A DNA stretch of 64,000 nt, from NCBI GenBank assembly GCA_963818475.1, contig CAWFSF010000005.1, positions 640,001 to 704,000 of the forward strand, read 5' to 3'. Within the stretch, counting starts at the first letter, position 1; each line of letters begins with the position of its first letter. This DNA is from Nitrospirota bacterium (lineage in GTDB: Bacteria > Nitrospirota > UBA9217). Under the pieces are notes generated by a model, which was not told the origin of the DNA, did not search any database, and saw only the letters and a program-made list of their open reading frames with translations. Positions 50,760-61,334 of this stretch are shown in pieces. The position numbers and the translations under genes were made by a program.

Positions 50760-52079
50760 TTAGTTATTATGCGGCACCACGGCAACCGTCGCTGTGGCTG
50801 TGGTGGCATTACCTGCAGCATCCGTAGCCTGATACGTGATCGAGTATGTCCTTCCGTTGCCCTTGGCGGACCGCTCGGCCCGGAGCGAGAGCGTGCCATC
50901 GCCGTTGTCCACGATGTCATTCGCCGTATCCCCGTCGCCGAGCCCGTTATCGGGCTCGCTGCTGGTTACGGACAGGAGCTTCACCTGCGGTGCGGCATCA
51001 GTATCGTCCTTCACTGAAATCGCCGGGGTAACGGTCACCATCTTGTGATTCGGCGGCCAGAGCGTGGCGGGGGAGACAGCGACGCTCAGTTCAGGCGCGA
51101 TTTTATCCACAGGAACAGCCTTGCACGTCGGCTGCGCGATATTGGACCAGCCGGAAGTATTCAACCACTCATCAGCTTTATATCCCGCAGTTACGACTGT
51201 TCCATCCGCTTTGAGACCGACCGAATGAAATCCGCCTGCTGCAACGGCGGTTATATTCGTCCACGAGGAGACATTCAACTGGCCATAGAAATCACTTCCC
51301 TTAGCCGAAACGGTTCCATTCTCTTGAAGCCCGAGCGTATGAAATCCGCCTGCTGCAATGGCTTTCATATTCGTCCACGAGGAGATATCCCGCTGGCCAT
51401 TGCGACTCTGTCCGGCAGTCACGATTGTTCCATCCTCTTTAAGCCCGAGCGTAAAATCTTTGCCTGCTGCAATGGCTTTTATATTCTTCCATAAGGTGGC
51501 ATCGAGATTCCGCTGGCCAGCGCGATTATCACCCGCTGTCACGACCGTTCCATCCTCTTGAAGCCCGACCGTATTATTTCCGCCTGCTGCAATGGCTTTT
51601 ATATTCTTCCATGAGGTGACATCTGTTTGGCCATAGACGTTATTTCCCTTAGCCACGACTGTTCCATTCTCTTGAAGCCCGACCGTATGATCGTAGCCTG
51701 CTGCAATGGCTTTTATATTCTTCCACGAGGTGACATCCAACCGCTCATTGCCGGGATATCCCACAGCCACGACTGTTCCGTCCTCGTGTAGCCCGACTGT
51801 ATGGATCTTGCCTGCTGCAACGGTTTTTATGTTCGTCCACGAGGTGACATTCATCTGGCCAAAGCCATTATCTCCTACAGCCACGACTTTTCCATCTTCT
51901 TTAAGGCCGACCGTATGAGACTCGCCTGCGGCAACTGTCCTCAGATCATAATCCGAACAGGTTGCAGCTTGCGTCTTTTGAGGGCTGATGAACAAAGAGC
52001 AAGAAAGTATCAGCGTAGCAAACACCAAACCATTTAACGATCTTTCCACAATTCCTCGAATCAAGATTCTTTTTATCAT
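50760..52079 (-). CDS. Secreted RCC1-like 7-repeat propeller protein with C-terminal 'LWPPNHKM' Ig-like domain
   Basis: Seven ~39-aa repeats (IAAG..HTVGL.EDGTVV..G); C-terminal LWPPNHKMV...LRAERS..GNGRTY.ITY.ATD.AGN. Confidence 0.88.
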   Translation of the reverse strand: MIKRILIRGIVERSLNGLVFATLILSCSLFISPQKTQAATCSDYDLRTVAAGESHTVGLKEDGKVVAVGDNGFGQMNVTSWTNIKTVAAGKIHTVGLHEDGTVVAVGYPGNERLDVTSWKNIKAIAAGYDHTVGLQENGTVVAKGNNVYGQTDVTSWKNIKAIAAGGNNTVGLQEDGTVVTAGDNRAGQRNLDATLWKNIKAIAAGKDFTLGLKEDGTIVTAGQSRNGQRDISSWTNMKAIAAGGFHTLGLQENGTVSAKGSDFYGQLNVSSWTNITAVAAGGFHSVGLKADGTVVTAGYKADEWLNTSGWSNIAQPTCKAVPVDKIAPELSVAVSPATLWPPNHKMVTVTPAISVKDDTDAAPQVKLLSVTSSEPDNGLGDGDTANDIVDNGDGTLSLRAERSAKGNGRTYSITYQATDAAGNATTATATVAVVPHNN

Positions 52080-52209
52080 AACCCCTCCTTTTTCTTTATT
52101 CGTATTATCGAACACTTACCTCAGGTATCGCAAAAAACTGTGAAGAAAGTAAGAAAGAAAACGCAGTTTCTACCATCCACCTTTAGTATTACTCATTTGC
52201 AGTTATAAT

Positions 52210-52325
52210 TGCAATTTTCGAACCTTTTTTTGCCATATTTATTATCTGGAAAATCAATTAGTTCTTAGAAAGCAGCCTCTAAACTTGTGCCATTTCTTGC
52301 CAGAAGGGTGACATAATGCGGCACT
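52210..52325 (-). promoter_or_regulatory. Possible sigma54 promoter with IHF-like site and upstream activator boxes
   Basis: Minus strand GG-N10-GC (AGGTTCGAAAATTGCA); AATCAAttagTT at ~52252; TGTGCCATTTCTTGCCA and GTGACATAATGCGGCA boxes further upstream. Confidence 0.45.
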
Positions 52326-52519
52326 CGAAAAGAAGGCCAGGTAGAGTGGAGCTAAACCCGACAGCTATTCCCGGGTTCGTTTGGAAGGCAGACATTACCG
52401 ACGGAAGAGAATCACAACAGAGGGGATATTCTGTCAAATCTAAATCGCTCCATACTTGTCAATATCAAATGGGTGACACCAATAAACTTTGTGCCGTGGT
52501 CCCAATCCCCATCCGCTCT

Positions 52520-52630
52520 TTCGTTAGCTTTCAGAACGTAGGATAGGACGAAAAGAGCGATCATCGAAAACGCCAAGGCAAGTTTAACGACAGTGCCGAG
52601 GATGATGCCCGCCCAACGAAAAGTTCCGCT
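52520..52630 (-). pseudogene. Possible C-terminal remnant of a DUF456-like membrane protein
   Basis: GIILGTVVKLALAFSMIALFVLSY resembles DUF456 C-termini; no matching N-terminus seen. Confidence 0.3.
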
Positions 52631-52709
52631 GAATAGTCGGCATGAAACACCCCAAAATGTGATTCTATGATGTTTCAACTCAAGCACTCAAGCCTGACCC
52701 AAAACCGTC

Positions 52710-54131
52710 TTACTCTATCAGCAACTCATAGAGATGAAGAATATCCTCCTTGCCCTTTACTTCGGCGGAGAATTTATTCCCCCAATGGAAACCGGGGCCG
52801 GCCAACGCATGGGTCTGTTCAGAAACAAGGACTGTCGTGCCCGCCTTCTTGTTGACCGCTTCGATCCGCGAAGCCGTGTTCACGGTGTCGCCAATCGCCG
52901 TGTATTCCTTTTTTTTATGAAAGCCCAGGCTTCCCAGAATAACGGTCCCTGTATGGATGCCCACGCCGATCCGGAACTCATGATTGAAGCGGCTTTTCAG
53001 ATAGCGGTTAAATTCTGGCATCGCCCGCGCCATGTCCCGCGCTGCTGCGACGGCAAGACGCGCTGAGTTGTCCTGCGCCGTCCGGTCCAGTCCGAAGATC
53101 ACCATGATGCCGTCGCCCATGTACTTATCGATATATCCGCCGGAACGGTCGATGATGGCTCCGATCATCTCAAAATACCGGTTCAGGATGTGGATGACGT
53201 CATAAGGCAGGGACCGCTCTGAGAACGCGGTGAATGACCGAATATCGCAGAAAAGGATCGTGATTTCCGCCTCCCGGCCGGCATCACCCGGATCGGTTCT
53301 ACCTTCCTGAATCGCAATCCGGATGTCGGCGTCATCGAGCACCAACCGCCGGAGGTTCACGTCGCCCACGACCGTGGTCTGACAGGCCAGGCGGATCTCG
53401 GGAGAAAAACCCTTGATCCTGGCCAGGCGCGTTTCCTCCTCGTTCCGTGGTCTGCAGTTTTCCAGACCATGCGTGATCAGCACGCGGCAGGTCGAGCATC
53501 GCGCCCGCCCGCCGCACACATGCGTATGAGGAATACCGGCGCCAAGCGATGCGTTCAGGATGGAAGTGTTCGACGTCGTCCTCACGTCCCTGTCATGATC
53601 AAAATGAAGCGTCACGCTGGTCTCTGCGGCATAGGGAGCACGCGCCGCTGTCGTCATGACTGAACCGGATTCTGCGGCCGCGGTGAACCGTTCGAGATAG
53701 GAGCCCGCAAGATCTTTCAGCTTCGCAGCCATGGACCGGTCGTCCCTGGCGCCGCAGTGTCCGTGGATGCAGAAGTAGGCGACATTGAAGCTGCTGCAGC
53801 GATCATAGAGAGGGCAGGTCACGCAATTGCAGCCCTCTTCGTTGATCGTGACCGCGCTCTTGCCGCCGGAGCAGTAGAGGGCTTCACCGCGAACCGAAGG
53901 GAAACTGGGGCAGGTAAAGCAGGCGCAGAGGAGCAAGTTTTCCAGATTCATCCGGATCGTGGGATGAACCCTTCCTCGCTCCAGCCGGTCCCTGGCCATC
54001 ATCGGCGCGTCCATTTTTTTCGCCAACTCCCTGGGCACCAGCCGCATCACGGCCATCAGCATTTTCATCATCATAAAGCGCTCTCCCTGTTTCCGGACCC
54101 GGGTCCGGCTACTTCGACTGCGCTTTGCCAT
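52710..54131 (-). CDS. Class III adenylate cyclase with 2Fe-2S ferredoxin and N-terminal Cys-rich DUF2769-like domain
   Basis: CACFTCPSF...LYC...GCNCVTCPLY...YFCIHG; CGGRARCSTC...RLACQ; FCDIRSFT, KYMGDG, TAIGDTVNTASR. The true start may be the MMM at ~54074. Confidence 0.9.
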   Translation of the reverse strand: MAKRSRSSRTRVRKQGERFMMMKMLMAVMRLVPRELAKKMDAPMMARDRLERGRVHPTIRMNLENLLLCACFTCPSFPSVRGEALYCSGGKSAVTINEEGCNCVTCPLYDRCSSFNVAYFCIHGHCGARDDRSMAAKLKDLAGSYLERFTAAAESGSVMTTAARAPYAAETSVTLHFDHDRDVRTTSNTSILNASLGAGIPHTHVCGGRARCSTCRVLITHGLENCRPRNEEETRLARIKGFSPEIRLACQTTVVGDVNLRRLVLDDADIRIAIQEGRTDPGDAGREAEITILFCDIRSFTAFSERSLPYDVIHILNRYFEMIGAIIDRSGGYIDKYMGDGIMVIFGLDRTAQDNSARLAVAAARDMARAMPEFNRYLKSRFNHEFRIGVGIHTGTVILGSLGFHKKKEYTAIGDTVNTASRIEAVNKKAGTTVLVSEQTHALAGPGFHWGNKFSAEVKGKEDILHLYELLIE

Positions 54132-54400
54132 TTTTTTCCGTCGATTCTATGATAGCAGAGTTATCGCGCGGATGATCGATTGCTGAACTGCAAGCTGCTC
54201 TAGACTCCCGGATGGTTATCAACCCTCCATCTGGTTCACGCGGAGCCGCGACGTAGAGGCCTGTTTGTCTGTAACGGTAATTGGAAGATTTTTTTTGTGA
54301 GTCGGCGGTTAAAAAATTATGGAGCATTAGGGAGTGCGTCTTGAAAAGACAGTTTCTTATATTTCAGCCTGTCCCCATTTCCTTCAATTGAAAGGCATGT

Positions 54401-54844
54401 TTATTTTCCCGCGACCTTGGCCACACGATACATTTCAGCAAAGGCGACCAGCCAGTTGCCGCTTACAATAGCAAAAATCGCCGCGGGACGTGCAATGGAA
54501 GGCCATACCTGGTGCTGGGAGATAAAAAAAGCATAACCGTCTATGAGCGACGCGTGAAGTATCCGGGCAAAGACCACCGAGAGCCCGGAAAACAAAAGAA
54601 CGGTGAGGGCACTGTAGAGTTTATGACCCAGGATTTTACTCAAGAGATGCATTGCGGGCATCAGGACAAGGGATGAATAGAGAAGCGTATGCTCGCCGAT
54701 CTCGAGCGCCTTCAGAAAGGTTAAACGCCCAGCGTCGCCGACCGCACTGCTTATTTTCACAAAAAAATCAATATCGGGCCAGATCATGTAGACACCAAGG
54801 ACCAGTCCTGCAACTTGGAATATCACGCTCAATACGCTTCCCAT
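54401..54844 (-). CDS. Hypothetical membrane protein (about 4 TM)
   Basis: AGGAGG RBS; hydrophobic segments; no family recognised. Confidence 0.65.
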   Translation of the reverse strand: MGSVLSVIFQVAGLVLGVYMIWPDIDFFVKISSAVGDAGRLTFLKALEIGEHTLLYSSLVLMPAMHLLSKILGHKLYSALTVLLFSGLSVVFARILHASLIDGYAFFISQHQVWPSIARPAAIFAIVSGNWLVAFAEMYRVAKVAGK

Positions 54845-54976
54845 AATGCCCTCCTTCAGGTTCCGCCCTCAATGACTTTTTGAATAACCTTTTTAGTTTA
54901 CTGCCGCTTGCATTTTAGGACAACTCGTTGGCTGGTGCGTGAACAGCGAAGTGCAACGAAGATATGATGGAGACCG

Positions 54977-56120
54977 CTATGCGATCAGGATGCGGCGATG
55001 AGCGACGGGTATGCGGCGCGAACAGCCGATCTTGCGGGTGTGCTTTTCTTTCTTCGTTGCCAAAAGCGCCTTGTCCGCGGCCAGAACAAGGTCTTGGACG
55101 GCGATCCCGTCAAGCGGATAGGACGCAATGCCGATCGTGACCGACAACGCATAGCGGCCGCCTGAAAGCCGCGCAAAGCCCTCTTCGATCTCGTATCGGA
55201 TCCTGTTGGCGAACAGGTTGTACGCCTTGGCAAGGTTCGTCTCGGGCAGGATGATCGCCATCTCATCGCCGCCGTAGCGCGAGGCCAGGTCGGTGCTCCG
55301 GATCGCCAGGCGGATCGATTCCCCGAGAACGGCAAGCGCCGCGTCACCGGCCTGGTGCCCGTGTGTATCGTTGAACTTCTTGAAGTCGTCAACATCAACG
55401 AGCGCCAGGGAAAATTCCCGGCCGTGCCGCTCAGCGCGCAGCAACTCCCTGCTCAGGATGTTCTCGAAGCACCGCCGGTTGAACAGACCGGTCAGGCTGT
55501 CCGTATTGGCCTGCTGCTTCACCTCGGCATGCATCCGCGCGTTATGGATCGCGACCGATGCGAAGGATGCAAGGATCTCGAGCGACTGCATGCTGGACGG
55601 AGGGAAGGTCCTCGGCGTAAAATCGTCGACATAGAGAATGCCGACGATGTCCTGGGAAAAGATAAGCGGCACGCAGACCAGCGATTTGATGCCTTCGCGC
55701 GCCACCTGGGGATTGGAAAAGAAAGAAGCGTTCGTGGTGTCGTTGATGACCGTGACGCTCCGCGCCTTGAGGATGCCTGTCGGTCAGTCCGCCGCGCTTG
55801 ACCTTCCATTCCCGGTTGGACAGGAACTGCCGGGAGAAGCCCTTGGAGGCCGAGATGCGCATGGTGGCGGTGGCGGGCGTGTAGAGCGCAATGCTGCCTG
55901 CCGTGGTGTTCGTTACCGCCATGGCCTTTTTGAGCACCATGGCAAGCGCCTTGTCAAGGTCGAGCTGGGATACGACCGATCGCGCGGTCGAAAGGATATC
56001 GAGCACCCGATCGTTAAGCTTCAGCACCGTCATAAGCATTGCCTTTGAAAAAGACCGCTCGTGCAAAGCAACCCGGATCAACACGTCCCGGACCCCGAAT
56101 ATCCTCGTATAAAATATCAC
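54977..56120 (-). CDS. GAF-GGDEF diguanylate cyclase (frameshift near 55780)
   Basis: GAF (SLVCVPL...VGILYVDD); DSLTGLFNRR, DVDDFKKFNDTHGHQAGD, RYGGDEM; start overlaps the panC stop (GTGA). Confidence 0.88.
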
Positions 56121-56960
56121 AGGAGCTGCAGGTTGTCAATCAGTCTGGTGCGGCCGACACGAACTGCAACTACTATCAACTTCTGCTCTCCATGACCGCC
56201 TGCGGCATGAGGCTGTCCGGATCGACGATCTCGACGTAATCGATCGAAAGCCCCGGCTCCCGCATCAAGTACGCCGCGCACCTCGCTCTGAAGCGCTATT
56301 GCATCACGCTGGCCGATCCGGAACAACCGCTCTCCTTCGCTCAGGGCGCGCCAGATCGTGCCCGCAACGCGCCGTTCTTCTTCGCTCAGATAGCTGTTCC
56401 GGGAGCTCATGGCAAGTCCATCCTGCTCACGCACCGTGGGGAGCACGACGACCTCGACATCGAGATTCAGGCCGGCGACCATGCGCTTGATCACCACGCA
56501 CTGCTGAAAATCCTTTTGACCGAAATAAGCGCGATGGGGCTTTACGATGTTGAACAGTTTTGCCACGATCGTTGCAACGCCCCGGAAATGACCGGGCCGC
56601 AGTGCGCCCTCCAGGACCTCCGAAACTCCTTCGACCGTAACAAAGACAACAGGCTTTTCCGGATACATCTCCGACGCCTGCGGCATGAAGAGGACATCGA
56701 CGCCGGAAGCTTCGCATTTTGCCTGGTCTCCTGCGGCATCCCGGGGATAGCGGTCCAGGTCCTCGTTCGGCCCGAACTGCGTGGGATTCACGAAGATGCT
56801 CGCGACCACGATGTCGTTCTCCTCGCCGCGCGCGGCGCATGAGCGAGAGATGGCCTTCGTGCAGGAATCCCATGGTCGGCACGAACCCGAGCCTCTTGCC
56901 CTGCATCCGGAAGGAATCCGAAAGGGACCGCATCTCGGCTATGGTGGTGATGATCTTCAT
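56117..56960 (-). CDS. panC: Pantoate--beta-alanine ligase (frameshifts)
   Basis: [55 protein letters not shown]. Confidence 0.95.
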
Positions 56961-57001
56961 GCTCCGGGCCTCTGCTGCAGGCTCACTCCTGCTGATCGCG
57001 C

Positions 57002-57679
57002 TCATCGCCGCCGGTCCCGTGTTCCCGGCCGCGACTGCTTCTCTGCCTTGGCTGCAGCGGCAATCTTTCTCGCCGCCCTGGCCTTCGCGTCCTTCAGGCC
57101 GATCGTGACGCGTGCGATGCTGTCGGCAACGACCTCTTCCAGCTCATCATAGAGCGCTGCTGTTTTTTCCGGTTCGTCGACAGGCAGCTCGGGGTCTTTC
57201 TGCGCGTACAGACCGGTATATTTTTGCAGCAATGCTGCCGATTCCTCAAGATCGTGCATCGCGTCGATGGCATCGTCGGAAAAATCGTTTTCCTTCGTGT
57301 CTCCCTGGTCAAGCCCCCGGATAAAGAACTGGATCATCGCCTGATCGTCGGACCCGCGCTGTTTGAAGCCCGACCCGGTCGGTGCATACTCGGTCTCGGG
57401 GAAATAGCAGGGATCCTCTTCCGGCTTCCACCGGGCAATGAAGTTCCAGAGCGACATCAGGTTAGCCATGAGGTTGTCTGCGTCTTCCAGGCTGGAAAAA
57501 TCCGCCTTGTCCGCGTCGAACAAGAGCGGCAGGCACTGAGAAGGCAAGGCCGGCTTCGGCGCGGCCATGCAGCCGAAGAAATAGCCGTAGAACTCATGCA
57601 GCGTCCGTTCAGAACCAACGCTCGCGAGCGCTTCGCGCGTCGCCTGGTCGTCGGTGTAGTTGTCGATGGTATTGGGCAT
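57002..57679 (-). CDS. UPF0149/YecA-like protein
   Basis: [10 protein letters not shown]....P....[14 protein letters not shown]; acidic and helical. Confidence 0.65.
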   Translation of the reverse strand: MPNTIDNYTDDQATREALASVGSERTLHEFYGYFFGCMAAPKPALPSQCLPLLFDADKADFSSLEDADNLMANLMSLWNFIARWKPEEDPCYFPETEYAPTGSGFKQRGSDDQAMIQFFIRGLDQGDTKENDFSDDAIDAMHDLEESAALLQKYTGLYAQKDPELPVDEPEKTAALYDELEEVVADSIARVTIGLKDAKARAARKIAAAAKAEKQSRPGTRDRRR

Positions 57680-57750
57680 AATTGTTTTTCCTTTTTATCG
57701 GCCGGGCATTAGTTTTAATTAAAATCCGTAACTGTTCAGGTCAAAACATC

Positions 57751-57822
57751 ATCCGCAGAATCCAACAGTAGGCGTCTCTAAGCGGCGCAAAAAATCTGCG
57801 TCCATCTGCGAAATCTGCGGAT
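57751..57822. repeat. CGCAGA/ATCTGCG palindromic element
   Basis: atccgcaga ... aatctgcgtccatctgcgaaatctgcggat. Confidence 0.7.
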
Positions 57823-57851
57823 AAAAGGTTTCTCCCTGATGTAGGTCTCGC

Positions 57852-58523
57852 CTACTTCTTCCCCCGCGACACCGGCACATAGTACTGCGTTCCCTGCTTC
57901 ATGCTCAGGATCTGCTTTAGCAGGTCGTCGAGGTCCTCGCGGCGATGCACGAAGTCGATGTCCGAGGTATTGATGACGAGCAGCGGCGTTTCGGTGTAGT
58001 GGAAAAAGTACTGGTTGTAGGCCTCGTTCACGTCGGCGATGTAATCGGGGTTCATCTCCTTTTCGAAGGGCCGGCCGCGCTGCTTGATGCGCTTCAACAG
58101 CGTATCGGTGTCGGCCTGCAGGAAGATGACCAGATCGGGCTTCACGATCTTGGGCTCGAGCATCTTGATAGATCTGTTCGTAGAGGGCCAGTTCATGGTC
58201 GTTCAGGGTCAGGTAGCGCAAAGATCCGGTCCTTGGCAAAGAGGTAGTCGCTGATCGTGATCCGCGTGAACAGGTCGGGCTGCGCCATCTCCTGCTGCTG
58301 CGCGAAACCGGTTCAGCAGAAAGAAGATCTGGGTCTGGAACCGGTAGCGGTCGGGGTCGCGGTAAAAATCCGTCAGAAAGGGATTGTCTTCGGCCTGCTC
58401 GTGGATCAGCCGTGCGCCGAGCTCCTCGGCAAGGAGCGTGGTGAGGCTCGTCTTGCCGACGCCGATGGGACCTTCGGTCACGATGTATTTGGTATCGCGC
58501 GCACCGGGCGGTTTCATGGTCAT
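57852..58523 (-). CDS. Deoxynucleoside kinase (frameshifts)
   Basis: EGPIGVGKTSL, NPFL..FY, FQTQIFFLLNR, PDLVIFLQA, RIKQRGR.FE. Confidence 0.9.
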
Positions 58524-59056
58524 GGCGGAGTTCCGTTCTCGTCGCAGCGCACTTCACGACCGTGCTCGGTCGTTGCAGCTCGCGGAGCAGGTGCCGACGC
58601 GGTCTTCTGCAGCTTCGGATGCACGGCGTGCGGCGCGATCTCGCAGAGCGGGACCAGCACGAATCGCCGGTTGTGCAGCAGCGGATGCGGGATGATCAGT
58701 TCCGGGGTCTCGATCATGCCCGTCGCCGTACAGCAGGATGTCCACGTCGATCGTACGCGGCCCCCAGTGGATGGTGCGCATGCGCCCCAGCTGCTTCTTC
58801 GATCGGACCGGCACTGACGCAGCAGTTCTTCCGGCGACAGGTCCGTCTCGATCGCTGCGACCGCGTTGACGAAATCATCCTGCTCCTTGTACCCGATGGG
58901 CTCGGTGCAATAGAGGGAGGAGACGCGGACAACGCGTGCCGCTTTTCGCCAACAGCTCGATGGCCTTGCGGCAGTTGGCTTTCTTATCGCCCATGGTTCG
59001 AGCCGATCCCGATGATATGCGATTGTCGGCAGGATGACACCGATCCTGCTTATCAA
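58520..59056 (-). CDS. folK: 2-amino-4-hydroxy-6-hydroxymethyldihydropteridine diphosphokinase (frameshifts; start approximate)
   Basis: IGIGSN.GD, SSLYCTEP, DFVNAV, WGPRTIDVDILLYG, LIIPHP...RRFVLVPL.EI spread over several frames. Confidence 0.88.
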   Translation of the reverse strand: MISRIGVILPTIAYHRDRLEPWAIRKPTAARPSSCWRKAARVVRVSSLYCTEPIGYKEQDDFVNAVAAIETDLSPEELLRQCRSDRRSSWGACAPSTGGRVRSTWTSCCTATGMIETPELIIPHPLLHNRRFVLVPLCEIAPHAVHPKLQKTASAPAPRAATTEHGREVRCDENGTPP

Positions 59057-59081
59057 TAAGACACGTCAAAAAATCATTATC

Positions 59082-59166
59082 ACCACTGAGACGCGGAGAC
59101 ACGGAGACACGGAGAAATGCATATCACAAATATAAAGATTTCTCTGCGCCTCCGCGTCTCCGCGGT
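59082..59166. repeat. 9-bp-period palindromic element
   Basis: accactgagacgcggagacacggagacacggag ... ctctgcgcctccgcgtctccgcggt. Confidence 0.82.
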
Positions 59167-59188
59167 AATGTCCTGTTACCCGTCTTTT

Positions 59189-60437
59189 CTAAAACTCGAA
59201 CTGCAGCCCGCTCATCCGCTTCTTGAACTCCTTCAGCACGCGCTTTTCATCGGCAAGCCCCTTGGACTCAAAGGTGGCGGAGAAGCGGATGTAGGATCCT
59301 GCGTCGTCCCAGGGCACGGTGCTGATCAGCTTCTCGGTGATGAGGAACTCGGAGAACTCCTCGGCATTCGCGAACCGCCTGCCGTTCTTCACGCCCTTCG
59401 GCATTTTCACATAGAGGTAAAAGGTGCCTGCAGGCATCCTGGCATCGAACCCCATGTCCCGGAGCGTCGAAACGAGCGACTTGAGCCTGCGCTCGTACTT
59501 GGCCGTGATCTTGCCGGTGATCTCGGGATGGTCCAGCGCGTAGACGCCTGCCTTCTGGATCGCCTTGAACTGGCCGGAGTCGTAATTGTCCTTCACGTTC
59601 CCGTATCCGGCAATGACCCGCTCGTTGCCGACCACAAACGCAAGCCGCCAGCCCGTCATGTTGAAGGCCTTGGAGAGCGAGTGGATCTCGACGCCCACGT
59701 CCTTCGCCCCGGCGACGGACAGGAACGAAAGCGGCTTCGTTCCATACATCAGCGCGGCATAGGCCGCGTCGTGCACCACGATCACGTTGTTCTCTTTCGC
59801 GAACTTCACGACCTTCTCGAAAAAGGCTTTCGTTGCGCCGGCGCCGGTGGGGTTGTTCGGATAATTGAGATAGAGGAGCTTCGCCTTCTTCCGGATATCG
59901 GCGGGGATGGCGTCAAGGTCGGGCAGGAATCCGTTCTCCTCGAGCAGCGGCAGGATCTGGACATCGACCGCCGTACCACCGCGTATGCGTTGCCATGATC
60001 GGGTAGCCGGGGGCGGTCATGAGCGTCACGTCGCCGGGATTGATGAAGACCGCGGGAAACATGGCGAGCACGGGCTTGCTGCCGATGCCGTGCAGCACCT
60101 CGGTCTCGGGATCGATGCCCCTGACCTTGTACACTGCGGCCAGGTAGCGGGCCGCGGCTTCCTTGAACTCCGGGATGCCGTTGTCGGCATACCCGCGGTT
60201 CTCCGGCTTTTCCGCTTCTTTCTGCAGCTTCTTCGACCACGCCCGGGAAGGCCATCTCGTCGGGCTCGCCCACGCCGAAGTCGATGAGCTCCGCCCCGGG
60301 ATGTGCCGGCAAGGGCCGCGCGCTTCGCCCGCTTGATCTTCTCGAACTTGTAGATCTTGGTGTCCTTGCCGAACATGCTGCCGCCGAGCCGATCGGCGAA
60401 AAGGGACTGGATGTAGGTGTCCTGGGGCTTGGTTCAT
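59189..60437 (-). CDS. dapL: LL-diaminopimelate aminotransferase-like protein (frameshifts)
   Basis: IYKFEKIKRAK, IDFGVGEPD, NRGYADNG, LNYPNNPTG, HDAAY, HSLSKAFNMTGWR; near dapA/dapB. Confidence 0.85.
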
Positions 60438-60460
60438 GTACAGTATTACTCCATTTTTCA

Positions 60461-60554
60461 ATTTCGGATTGCGGATTTCGGATTGCGAAATACAAAGCTG
60501 CCCATGGTAATGCCCAGACTTTAATCCGAAATCCGCAATTCCGAAATCCGCAAT
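60461..60554. repeat. Heptamer-period inverted repeat (TTCGGAT/TGCGGAT vs ATCCGAA/ATCCGCA)
   Basis: atttcggattgcggatttcggattgcga ... aatccgaaatccgcaattccgaaatccgcaat. Confidence 0.82.
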
Positions 60555-60565
60555 GACTCTGTTCT

Positions 60566-61313
60566 TCAGAGCTCCCGATTCCCTCGATCCGGACCTCCAC
60601 CTCGTCGCCCGGGCTGCATGGGCCCGATGCCGGCGGGCGTGCCGGTGATGATGAGGTCGCCGGGATAGAGCGTCATGATACGGGAGATAAAGCTCACGAG
60701 GTGGCCGACGCTGAAGATGAAGCTGCGAGGTCCGTGAAGACTGTTTCCGTTCACCATTCAGGTAGGACTCGACCAGCAGGTCGCCGGGATCAAGGTCCGT
60801 CTCGATCCACGGTCCGATGGGGCAGAAGGTGTCGAAGGACTTGGCGCGCGTCCACTGCCCGTCCTTTTTCTGCAGGTCCCTGGCTGTAACGTCATTGGCG
60901 CAGGTATAGCCGAGGATATGCCCGCAGGCTTCGCCGGGCGTTATCTTGCTGATCCGGTCCTTGATCACGACGCCGAGCTCGGCCTCGTAGTCGACCTGTG
61001 AGCTCGCATGGCGGGTAGACGATGGCATCGCCGGGACCGATGATGGTCGTGGGCGGCTTCAGAAAAATGATCGGCTCGTCAGGGATTGGGAAACCAAGCT
61101 CGCGGCATGGTCCCGGTAGTTCAGTCCGACCGCCACCACCTTGGTCGGGCTGCAGGGCGGGAGCAGTCGTCACGCGGGAGAGCGGATAGCAGGCTCTTTC
61201 GCCGTGTCAAGAAGGGTAAAGAAATCCCCTTCGAGCTCAGCGACCTCGTCGTTGACAACGACACCGCAGGCCGGCTCGGCCTTGCCCGGCGCCGAAAACC
61301 GTACGAGCTTCAT
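60566..61313 (-). CDS. Fumarylacetoacetate hydrolase family protein (frameshifts)
   Basis: PTKVVAVGLNY, PIIFLKP, VDYEAELGVVI, ANDVTARDLQ, AKSFDTFCPIGP, PGDLIITGTP. Confidence 0.9.
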
Positions 61314-61334
61314 GGGCCGCTCCGTCCGCTCAGC

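Noticed and set aside
52316-52410. c-di-GMP riboswitch upstream of the RCC1-like gene
   Set aside because: The GGCAAAC...GAAA...GACGCAAAG signature was not found on either strand.
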